From: an uncultured Planctomycetales bacterium | GTDB lineage: Bacteria > Planctomycetota > UBA1135 | Direction of reading: 5' to 3' | Assembly: GCA_964545405.1 (NCBI GenBank) | Contig: CAZJGH010000001.1 | Location: 1-34,739 of the forward strand | DNA length: 34,739 nucleotides | In this document: in pieces, positions 12,260 to 20,298 of the stretch | How positions within the stretch are numbered: the stretch's first letter is position 1 | Layout of the letters: each line of letters begins with the position of its first letter | Translations under genes and position numbers: made by a program | Notes under the pieces: model-generated | What the model saw: the letters and a program-made list of their open reading frames with translations, nothing else | What the model was told of the DNA's origin: nothing | The model's database searches: none

Positions 12260-12721
12260 ATGACTTGTTCATCAATCATGTGTACCAATCTGACCACGGT
12301 ATCTGCGGATACCTCGGTCGGCGACACCATCGCCCTCCTGGTCAAGAATCACTTCCGCTCAATTCCGGTTGTCAGCGATGAAGGACGCCTAATCGGGCAG
12401 TTCGGAGTACATACAGTGCTCGAATTATCCGTGCCATTCGCGACCAAGATCGCGCGCGAAGGGCCGATGACTGATATTTCATTCATGGATGACAATATGG
12501 ATGACCTGCGTCGGCGCCTAGCTAAGGTTTGGGATCAGCCAGTGCGGATGCACGCGTACAAGTCGGTGCCATCATTGAGTCCCTCGGATTCACTTACTCG
12601 CACGCTCCTGGCTCTTGCGAAAACCCAAGACAACATCGCCGTTGTCGACCCAGACACCCGCATTCTGGTTGGCATCGTGAGCTACTGGGATGTACTCGAC
12701 CATCTGTCCGACGGGCAATAA
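12260..12721 (+). CDS. CBS-pair domain protein
   Basis: 153 aa containing two CBS-like units (IMCTNLTTVSADTSVGDTIALLVKNHFRSIPVVSDEGRLIGQ; ...LAKTQDNIAVVDPDTRILVGIVSYWDVL). Confidence 0.8.
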   Translation: MTCSSIMCTNLTTVSADTSVGDTIALLVKNHFRSIPVVSDEGRLIGQFGVHTVLELSVPFATKIAREGPMTDISFMDDNMDDLRRRLAKVWDQPVRMHAYKSVPSLSPSDSLTRTLLALAKTQDNIAVVDPDTRILVGIVSYWDVLDHLSDGQ

Positions 12722-12724
12722 GTC

Positions 12725-14146
12725 ATGTTGACCTTGCTTACCCCCCTGCTCCAACACGGAGCCGGGGCCGCTACTACCCACAGCGAGCCCCACGTCCTGT
12801 TCGGCATGAATCCGCTCTGGGTTGCCGCGTTCATCTTCGTGGCTTCCTACGCCGTCATCATGTCGGAGAAGTACAACCGCGCGATGGTCGCGTTGCTCGG
12901 TGGCGGCCTGATGATCCTGGTCGGGGTACTCGACCAGCACACAGCGATCGCGGCCATCGATTGGAACACGCTCGGGCTGTTGTGCGGAATGATGATGATC
13001 GTCGCCATCACGCGCCGCAGCGGTGTATTCCAGTATCTGGCGATCTGGTCGGCGAAGAAGGTGAAAGCGCGCCCCTGGGGCATCCTGGTGATGCTTTCGC
13101 TGGTGACGGCACTGCTTTCTGCCCTGCTCGACAACGTCACGACGGTTCTGTTGATCGCGCCGGTGACATTGCTGATCACTGAAGAACTGAACATCAAGCC
13201 GTATCCGTTCCTGTTCGCGGAGATCCTGTTCTCGAACATCGGCGGTACCGCGACCCTGATCGGTGACCCTCCCAACATCCTCATCGGGTCGTTGGTCGAT
13301 TCGATCACCTTCAACGACTTCCTGGTGCACGTCGCACCGGTGGTTCCGGTCGTGTTCATCGCCACCTTGTTGCCGATCTGGCTGATCTGGGGGCGTAAGA
13401 TGCAGGCGACCGATCGCGCTAAGGAACGCGTGATGCGATTCCACGAGGCGGACGCGATCAAGGATGTGCCACTGCTGAAGAAGTCCCTCTTCGTGCTTAC
13501 CTTAGTCCTGGTGGGCTTCGTCGTCGGACATCCTTTCGGCTTGGAACCAGCGACTGTCGCCATGACCGGTGCAGCACTGCTGTTGTTGCTCGATAACCTC
13601 AAGAACAACGCAGAGGAACAGGACAAGAGCGTTCACCACACTGCTGGTGAGGTCGAATGGGTCACGATCTTCTTCTTCATCGGCTTGTTCGTGATCGTCG
13701 GGGCGTTGGAGAACGCCGGTGGTCTCGAACTACTCGCCGGCCAAGTGCTTGGCCTTACCGAAGGCGCCACTGACCCAGCTGCAGTCACCTCCACCCTGTC
13801 AATGGCAGTGCTATGGATATCGGCGGTAGCTAGTGCGGTAGTCGACAACATCCCCTTCGTCGCCACCATGATCCCGACCTTGCAGGAGACCTTTGAGCAG
13901 CTCAAGGAATCCGGCATGGGCTTGAACTACGCACAAGAGCACGCAGTCTGGTGGTCACTGTCCCTTGGTGCTTGCCTGGGTGGCAACGGCAGCCTGATCG
14001 GCGCTAGTGCCAACTTGATCGTGGCAGGTTTCGCTGAGCGAGCAGGACATCCGATTCGCTTCGTGACCTTCCTCAAGACTGCTTTCCCGATGATGTTGAT
14101 GTCGGTCGCGATTGCAGCGGTCTACCTCTGGATGCGCTACCTGTAG
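12725..14146 (+). CDS. ArsB/NhaD-superfamily (YbiR/P-protein-like) anion/cation permease
   Basis: 473-aa polytopic protein. LLSALLDNVTTVLLIAPV and FSNIGGTATLIGDPPNILIGS are characteristic of the ArsB/NhaD permease fold. It starts 3 nt after the CBS gene stop. Confidence 0.8.
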   Translation: MLTLLTPLLQHGAGAATTHSEPHVLFGMNPLWVAAFIFVASYAVIMSEKYNRAMVALLGGGLMILVGVLDQHTAIAAIDWNTLGLLCGMMMIVAITRRSGVFQYLAIWSAKKVKARPWGILVMLSLVTALLSALLDNVTTVLLIAPVTLLITEELNIKPYPFLFAEILFSNIGGTATLIGDPPNILIGSLVDSITFNDFLVHVAPVVPVVFIATLLPIWLIWGRKMQATDRAKERVMRFHEADAIKDVPLLKKSLFVLTLVLVGFVVGHPFGLEPATVAMTGAALLLLLDNLKNNAEEQDKSVHHTAGEVEWVTIFFFIGLFVIVGALENAGGLELLAGQVLGLTEGATDPAAVTSTLSMAVLWISAVASAVVDNIPFVATMIPTLQETFEQLKESGMGLNYAQEHAVWWSLSLGACLGGNGSLIGASANLIVAGFAERAGHPIRFVTFLKTAFPMMLMSVAIAAVYLWMRYL

Positions 14147-14202
14147 GCTGTACTATCGGAAGAGGCCACTTTAAAACTGATTTTCGCCATAAATATCTCT
14201 GA

Positions 14203-14230
14203 ACTTTGCCAAACAAAGTACTTTGCAAGG
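14203..14230. promoter_or_regulatory. operator-like array of alternating ACTTTG / CAAAGT half-sites
   Basis: Sequence is ACTTTG-ccaaa-CAAAGT-ACTTTG-CAAgG. It includes the perfect 12-bp palindrome CAAAGTACTTTG at 14214-14225, which ends 18 nt before the ATG at 14244 of the membrane-protein/wHTH operon. Confidence 0.35.
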
Positions 14231-14243
14231 CGTAAGGTAGGGC

Positions 14244-14855
14244 ATGGAACTTGACGACGACCTCCAAGCAATCGAAGCTCAAAGCTTCCAACGCGCATAT
14301 TTCTCGGATGGACTGCTGGATATCTTGCTTGGCTCCTTCCTGCTCATATGGGCAATAGTGTCGTTCTTCGATTATGCCGGGTTCGGCGGTGTCAGCTTCG
14401 CCTTGCTCATGCCGATCTACCTGGTCCTGCGTAAACGCTTCACCGAACCACGTGTTGGTGTGGTCAAGTTCCGCCCTCAGCGCCGGCGGCAACAAAGCAC
14501 CAAGCTCGCCCTGATGGCTGGGGTACTCGCCCTCAGCCTGGTTGCGGCTGTGGTCCTCTACCTGACCAAGACGCAAGCCGGCATTGGACCAAGCGCTACC
14601 GAGGTTCGCCTCGCTCCCCTACCGCTAGGTCTAATGTTCGGCCTCATGCTTGGGGTCGCTGGATTCATGTATGACGTTTCCCGAGCTTTCATCTACACCC
14701 TGTGGATCGTTCTCAGTTTCGTCGTCACCGTATTCGTGAATCACCTGCTCACTTTCGACGACCTCGCCTTCGCTCTAGGCCTCTCGTCATTGTTGCCGTT
14801 GACCTTCGGCGTGTTTCTGCTGCACAAGTTCTCACGCGCCTACCACCGTGCTTGA
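14244..14855 (+). CDS. integral membrane protein (unknown function), co-transcribed with wHTH regulator
   Basis: 203 aa with about 5-6 hydrophobic helices. Its 3' end overlaps the GTG start of the downstream regulator by 8 nt. Confidence 0.6.
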   Translation: MELDDDLQAIEAQSFQRAYFSDGLLDILLGSFLLIWAIVSFFDYAGFGGVSFALLMPIYLVLRKRFTEPRVGVVKFRPQRRRQQSTKLALMAGVLALSLVAAVVLYLTKTQAGIGPSATEVRLAPLPLGLMFGLMLGVAGFMYDVSRAFIYTLWIVLSFVVTVFVNHLLTFDDLAFALGLSSLLPLTFGVFLLHKFSRAYHRA

Positions 14856-15132
14856 TCCCCTCATCCACGCCCCTTCGCGGTTAGCGATCATGACCCGTCT
14901 GTTCGTGATCGAAAGCGCCGACGCCACCTGGCTACTCAACGAGACTGGCTTGACTTGGGGCAACATGTCATCACACATGACCAAGCTCGAACAGGTCGGG
15001 TATGTGGAAGTGGTCAAGGAGTTCATCGACAACAAGCCTAAGACCATGCTTCGACTGACCGCCGATGGTCGCCAGGCGTTCCTGGATTACCGTCAAGCCA
15101 TCAATGACATGCTCAACCTCGACGCTGATTAA
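14848..15132 (+). CDS. winged-helix transcriptional regulator (HTH_34/MarR-like)
   Basis: 94 aa. LIHAPSRLAIMTRL...LLNETGLTWGNMSSHMTKLEQVGYVEVVKEF..KPKTMLRLTADGRQAF follows the wHTH pattern (PvRL.I...L....L...l.lt.gnLs.Hl.kLe.aGYv). GTG start. Confidence 0.75.
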   Translation: MLDPLIHAPSRLAIMTRLFVIESADATWLLNETGLTWGNMSSHMTKLEQVGYVEVVKEFIDNKPKTMLRLTADGRQAFLDYRQAINDMLNLDAD

Positions 15133-16136
15133 CCAAGTACGGTCTCGAGCAGCTCGATCATCGCACGACCAGTCCGTTCCGGGTTGAAGGTGGCAGCCTG
15201 CTCAACACCCGCAGCACGCAGTCGTTGCAGGCGCTCGGAGTCGGTCAACACCAGTTCCAGTTGGGAGGTTATCGATGAGTTGTCGAAGGGGTTCACATAC
15301 TCAGCAGCGCTACCCAGCACCTCAGGCATCGCGGGAGCCTTGGCCGCGATGACGGCGGCCCCACATTTCATGGCTTCCAGTGGTGGTAAGCCGAAACCCT
15401 CGTTGAAGCTGGGGAACAGGAACAACTTGCAGCTGGTGTACAACGCGGCAAGCTGTCGATCATCCAAGTTGCCGGTAATCACGACCTGATCCACTACCCC
15501 CAAGCGCTCGATCAACCGTCGCATCTTGCCGATGGCGCGCTTGTTCGGACCGGCCAATACCAGCGGGTGAGCGCGACGCAACTGCTCAGGCAAGTCAGCC
15601 CAACCGAGCAATGCGCCATGCCAGTTCTTGTGCTTGCGCATGGCGGCCACGAACAACACGAACTCACCTTCGATCCCGAACTCGGCAAGTACCTGCTCGC
15701 AACTGTCGCTACTCGCCGGCTGCAGGGTCACCGCCGGGTAGATCGGCACCATCTGCAAGGGCGTGGTCAGGTCATTGAAGGCTTCGCGGACGCGGATGAC
15801 GGTTGAGTTGGAACCAGCGGCGAAAGCTGCGGCCTGTTGAGCGGCAATGGCGAACTGACGTCGGAAACGACGCGCACGGCGCCAACGAACCAAGACATTG
15901 CGGCTATCACGTAGCAGTGGACTGACGTCATGCAGTGAGATGATGCGCGGAACAGATGTCTCGACGGCATCCGGCTTCAACTCCGGGTGCCACAAGGCGT
16001 CGGCCTCGATCGCACCACCACTCCATAGCTGGGTCTCCAACCCGACGGCATTCGCGGCCTCCTCGAGCAGTTCGGTCACGCGCACATACGAAGTGTATGG
16101 TCCACTGCGCTTGCGAATGTCGAGGGCAACCTTCAT
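15129..16136 (-). CDS. glycosyltransferase family 4 (GT-B, Glycos_transf_1)
   Basis: 335 aa. The C-terminal LFLFPSFNEGFGLPPLEAMKCGAAVIA is the GT4 E-x7-E region. Confidence 0.8.
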   Translation of the reverse strand: MKVALDIRKRSGPYTSYVRVTELLEEAANAVGLETQLWSGGAIEADALWHPELKPDAVETSVPRIISLHDVSPLLRDSRNVLVRWRRARRFRRQFAIAAQQAAAFAAGSNSTVIRVREAFNDLTTPLQMVPIYPAVTLQPASSDSCEQVLAEFGIEGEFVLFVAAMRKHKNWHGALLGWADLPEQLRRAHPLVLAGPNKRAIGKMRRLIERLGVVDQVVITGNLDDRQLAALYTSCKLFLFPSFNEGFGLPPLEAMKCGAAVIAAKAPAMPEVLGSAAEYVNPFDNSSITSQLELVLTDSERLQRLRAAGVEQAATFNPERTGRAMIELLETVLG

Positions 16137-16145
16137 TGCCGCAGT

Positions 16146-16439
16146 CTACTCTTCCGTGGCGGGCGGTGTCTGCTCTGGGTCTGTTGCCGGCTGCTCTTCA
16201 AGCCCTTCCTCAGTACCTTCACCACGCATGAACTCATCCAGTTCAGCAGCGCGTTCCGGCCCCAGGAACTCACGGGTCTTCTGCACCTGGTAGTGCCCCA
16301 TGTCCTTGACCCGATCCATGGCGACACCGATCGATATCCAGGCAGCACCAGTCGCCAACGCCACGTAGACGATGGTCACCATGATGATGCGGCTTTTCGG
16401 CCACACCTTCACACGGGGATCACGCAGTTCCTCGGTCAT
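16146..16439 (-). CDS. small single-pass membrane protein with acidic C-terminal tail
   Basis: 97 aa with one TM segment (IIMVTIVYVALATGAAWISIGVAM). Its start overlaps the yqeY stop by 4 nt, so the two are translationally coupled. Confidence 0.5.
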   Translation of the reverse strand: MTEELRDPRVKVWPKSRIIMVTIVYVALATGAAWISIGVAMDRVKDMGHYQVQKTREFLGPERAAELDEFMRGEGTEEGLEEQPATDPEQTPPATEE

Positions 16440-16912
16440 CCGAGCAATCCTCGGACTACTCCTGAGACCACCTTGCCGTCAGCGCGACCGGCGATCTTGG
16501 CCTGGGCTATCTTCATGACCTTGCCCATGTCCGCCATCGAGGTAGCGCCGATCTCGGCGATCGCCTCCTTGACGATCACCTCAAGCTCTTCCGGGCTGAG
16601 TGCCTTCGGCAGGAACTCCTCGAGGATGGCGAGTTCCAGGTTCTCCTTGTCGGCAAGGTCTTGGCGATCACCGGCGATGTACTGCTCGGCTGACTCGCGA
16701 CGACGCTTGGCCGCACCTTGGATGACCTTGAGCATCTCAGGCTCATCCAGGTATTCCGCGGGCGAGGAAACTTCGGCGGTCAGGCCATCACGACCCTTCT
16801 TCTCGATGCCGGCGTTCTTGAAGTCGTTCATGATCGAACGCAAGGTCTGGGTGCGCAGCTTATCCTTGGCGCGCATCGCGTCCTTGATGCTTTCACTTAG
16901 CTTCTCAAGCAT
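16436..16912 (-). CDS. yqeY: GatB/YqeY domain protein
   Basis: 158 aa. IKDAMRAKDKLRTQTLRSI...ELAILEEFLP...GKVMKIAQAKIAGRADGKVVSGVVRGLL is the typical YqeY pattern. Confidence 0.85.
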   Translation of the reverse strand: MLEKLSESIKDAMRAKDKLRTQTLRSIMNDFKNAGIEKKGRDGLTAEVSSPAEYLDEPEMLKVIQGAAKRRRESAEQYIAGDRQDLADKENLELAILEEFLPKALSPEELEVIVKEAIAEIGATSMADMGKVMKIAQAKIAGRADGKVVSGVVRGLLG

Positions 16913-16914
16913 GT

Positions 16915-19398
16915 CTACTCCTGTGTGGTTTCCTGGCCTTCACCTTCACTGTCGTCTTCCGGAGGAATCGCGGCCAAGCTGGCGAGCTTGTCATCCCCCT
17001 TCAGGTTGACCAAGCGTACGCCTTGGGTAGCGCGACCTTGGATCGAGATCTCATCGACCTTGGTGCGCACGACCATGCCGCCGGTAGTCGAGAACAAGAC
17101 ATCGGCACAACGGCTGGCGTTACGCGCGTTGACGACCGGACCGTTACGTTCGGTAGTCTTGATGCCGACGACACCTTGTGAGCCACGCTTAGTCAAGCGG
17201 AACTCACCAATGCGGGTGCGTTTGCCATAACCGTTCTGACAAGCCAGCAGCAGATATTCATCCTCATGGCCAGCGATCAGGTCGACGACCTTATCGCCTT
17301 CCTTGAGCGAAGCGCCCTTCACGCCAGCAGCGTTACGGCCCATCGCGCGTGCACCTTCCTCGTTGAAGCGTACGACTTGGCCACCGGCAGTGACCAACAT
17401 CACTTCATCGCCCTTGCTGACCAGGCGCGAGCCGATCAGGCGGTCGCCTTCCTCGAGCTTGGTAGCGATGATGCCGACAGTTCGGACGTTGCTATAGGCC
17501 TTGAGCTCGGTCTTCTTGACCTTGCCGCGCGCGGTCGCGAACAGCAGGTAATCAGCCTCGTCGAAGGTACGTGTGGACAGGATCGAGCGGATCTCCTCGT
17601 CGGGCTGGATGCCTTCGAGAAGGTTGCGAATCGAACGGCCCTTGGCGGTGCGATCCTGTTCCGGAAGTCGGTAGACCTTGAGCCAGAACAACCGACCGCG
17701 GTCGGTGATGACCAGCAGATAGTCGTGGGTGCTGCACACGAACATGTGCGACATGAAGTCACCCTCCTTCGACTTGCCACCGGTGATGCCACGACCGCCA
17801 CGTGATTGTGCGCGATAAGTATCGACCGAGCAACGCTTGACGTAACCCTCACGCGAAACCGTGACCACCATGGTCTCCTCGGTGATCAGGTCTTCGGTCA
17901 GGAAGTCTTGTACTCCTTCACCGATCTCGCTGCGACGTGGTTCGCCGTACTTCTTCTCGAGGTCATCCAGGTCCTCGCGAATGATGTTGTAGACCAACTC
18001 ATCCTCGGCCAGGATTCGCTTGTACCAAGCGATGTCGGTCTTCAGGCCATCGATCTCGGCCTGCAGCTTCTCGACTTCCAGACCAGTCAGGCGACCGAGG
18101 CGCATATCGACGATGGCCTGCGACTGGATTGGGGTAAGCGCGAACGCAGCTTCCAGGCTTTGGCGCGCCACTTGAGTGTCGGCAGATGCCTTGATGATCT
18201 CGACGACCTCATCGATCGACTTGATGGCGATCATCAAGCCCTCGAGGATGTGCAGTCGATGCTCGGCCTTTCGCAGCAGGAAGCGGGTGCGACGACGGAT
18301 CACGTCGAAGCGGTGATTGCGGTAGGCCGCCAACAACTCGCGCAAGTTGAGGGTCCGCGGCTGACCTTCGATCAAGGCGGTGTTGCGCACCGCATAGGTG
18401 ATCTGCAGTGAGCTGTGCTTGTAGAGCAGGTTCTCGACCACCACCGGATCGCCATCCTTCTTCAGCTCGATGACCAGGCGCATGCCATGGCGGTCAGACT
18501 CGTCGCGGATGTCGTAGATGCCCTCGATACGCTCGTTCTTGACTTCAGCGGCGATCTTCTCGATGATCGCGGCCTTCTCGCGCTCGTATGGGATCTCGGT
18601 CACCACCAAACTGGTACGACCCTTGCCTTTCTTCGGCTCCTCTACATGAATCCGGGCGCGCAAGATGATCTTGCCACGGCCGGTCATTTGCGCTTCAACG
18701 ATTCCGGCACGGCCGCAGATGATGCCGCCGGTCGGGAAGTCAGGCCCCTTGATGATCGGCAACAGGTCCTGGACCTTGCACTCGGGGTTATCCAACAGAT
18801 AACGCACACCGTTCAGCACCTCGACCAGGTTGTGAGGTGGCAGGGCAGTCGACATACCGACTGCGATTCCTTCCGAACCGTTGACCAGCAGGTTCGGGAA
18901 CTTGCCCGGCAGGACCACCGGCTCCATTCGCGTTTCATCGTAGTTGGAACGCAGGTCGGAGGTGTCCTTGTCGAGGTCGAGGAGCATCTCCTCGGCTGGG
19001 CCACCCATGCGAGCTTCGGTGTACCGCATTGCCGCTGGTGGGTCGCCATCGATCGAACCGAAGTTACCTTGGCCATCAACCAGACAGTGACGAAGACGGA
19101 ATGGCTGAGCCATTCGCACCAGTGTCGGGTAGATCACTGACTCACCGTGTGGGTGGTAGTTACCGGAGGTATCACCAGCGATCTTCGCGCACTTCCTGTA
19201 CTTGGAATTCGGTCGCAAGTGCAGGTCGTTCATGGCCACCAAGATGCGCCTTTGGGATGGCTTCAGGCCATCCCGCACATCTGGAAGGGCACGGTCATGG
19301 ATAACGGAAAGCGCGTACGTCAGGTACGAATCGCGCATCTCCTTTTCAATCAGCGCATCGTGAATCGGCTGCGCTTCGGGGACAAGATTTTCGGCCAT
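16915..19398 (-). CDS. gyrA: DNA gyrase subunit A
   Basis: 827 aa. IEKEMRDSYLTYALSVIHDRALPDVRDGLKPSQRRILVAM and AGDTSGNYHPHGESVIYPTLVRMAQPF (QRDR region) are present, plus C-terminal beta-pinwheel repeats. No intein. Confidence 0.97.
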   Translation of the reverse strand: MAENLVPEAQPIHDALIEKEMRDSYLTYALSVIHDRALPDVRDGLKPSQRRILVAMNDLHLRPNSKYRKCAKIAGDTSGNYHPHGESVIYPTLVRMAQPFRLRHCLVDGQGNFGSIDGDPPAAMRYTEARMGGPAEEMLLDLDKDTSDLRSNYDETRMEPVVLPGKFPNLLVNGSEGIAVGMSTALPPHNLVEVLNGVRYLLDNPECKVQDLLPIIKGPDFPTGGIICGRAGIVEAQMTGRGKIILRARIHVEEPKKGKGRTSLVVTEIPYEREKAAIIEKIAAEVKNERIEGIYDIRDESDRHGMRLVIELKKDGDPVVVENLLYKHSSLQITYAVRNTALIEGQPRTLNLRELLAAYRNHRFDVIRRRTRFLLRKAEHRLHILEGLMIAIKSIDEVVEIIKASADTQVARQSLEAAFALTPIQSQAIVDMRLGRLTGLEVEKLQAEIDGLKTDIAWYKRILAEDELVYNIIREDLDDLEKKYGEPRRSEIGEGVQDFLTEDLITEETMVVTVSREGYVKRCSVDTYRAQSRGGRGITGGKSKEGDFMSHMFVCSTHDYLLVITDRGRLFWLKVYRLPEQDRTAKGRSIRNLLEGIQPDEEIRSILSTRTFDEADYLLFATARGKVKKTELKAYSNVRTVGIIATKLEEGDRLIGSRLVSKGDEVMLVTAGGQVVRFNEEGARAMGRNAAGVKGASLKEGDKVVDLIAGHEDEYLLLACQNGYGKRTRIGEFRLTKRGSQGVVGIKTTERNGPVVNARNASRCADVLFSTTGGMVVRTKVDEISIQGRATQGVRLVNLKGDDKLASLAAIPPEDDSEGEGQETTQE

Positions 19399-19498
19399 GG
19401 GCAGGGGGCTAGCAGACGCTAGCAGCAGCGCCTATTGCACCATTTCCGCGCCTCCAAGGAAAGCTAAAATTCTTGTGAGGCTGGCACTGCAAGTCCCT

Positions 19499-20287
19499 TC
19501 AAATAAGGTCTTTAGGCGCGTCCTGTTGGAGCTCGTGCACGCTCAGTGGTAAGCCTACCGATGCCGCCCCCCGCAAGCGGATTTGCGCTTCATCCGTGCG
19601 CTCAATTTCAAGCCGGCCTCCGGCCATATTGACGCCAATAAGTTCACCGCCACCGAGTCTCCAGGCCACTACCGCGACGGCCAACGCACCGCTGCCGCAT
19701 GCCTCGGTCTCGCCGACGCCACGCTCAAGGACCCGCATCTGCAACTCATCGCTTTCACCCAGTTCAGGCACGACTTCGACATTCACGCCGTGTGGAAAGA
19801 GGTCGGTACGGGTAGAGACATGAGCCGCGAAATCGGCAAGGCTCAGGTGCTCGGGTTTGTGCTTGAAAACCGCGTGCGGATTCCAGAAATCGACCTGAAA
19901 CCAAGGCTCGCCGTCGGAATCGCGGTGCTCGGTTATGGCCAGATCGTCCACGCACAAAGGCAGCGAAAGTTCGATTCCCGCCGCACATGACCTCCATGCG
20001 ACACGCTGTTGCGCCATCAGTATCTCACCACTATCTGCACCGGTGTGACGAGCAGCCACACGCAGTCCGTTCAGGCAAGCCCCACCATCGGAACCATCGC
20101 GATTGAAGATGGTCACAGGCAAAACACCGCCAGACTTGGCATCACCGAGTACCAACAGGCCATCGAATCGGTCAGCGCATAGACGTCGAGCCAAATCGGA
20201 ACCCATCTCTCCTGCAGCCTTCATACGAGACTCTTCCACCAGCAGGAAGCGATTGCCGCATCCGTCGCCGGGAAAGAGCTTCAACAT
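19499..20287 (-). CDS. dapF: diaminopimelate epimerase
   Basis: 262 aa. GCGNRFLLVEE, NRDGSDGGACLNGLRV and ERGVGETEACGSGALAVA match the two catalytic-Cys motifs of DapF. Confidence 0.8.
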   Translation of the reverse strand: MLKLFPGDGCGNRFLLVEESRMKAAGEMGSDLARRLCADRFDGLLVLGDAKSGGVLPVTIFNRDGSDGGACLNGLRVAARHTGADSGEILMAQQRVAWRSCAAGIELSLPLCVDDLAITEHRDSDGEPWFQVDFWNPHAVFKHKPEHLSLADFAAHVSTRTDLFPHGVNVEVVPELGESDELQMRVLERGVGETEACGSGALAVAVVAWRLGGGELIGVNMAGGRLEIERTDEAQIRLRGAASVGLPLSVHELQQDAPKDLI

Positions 20288-20298
20288 GATCGACGGGC

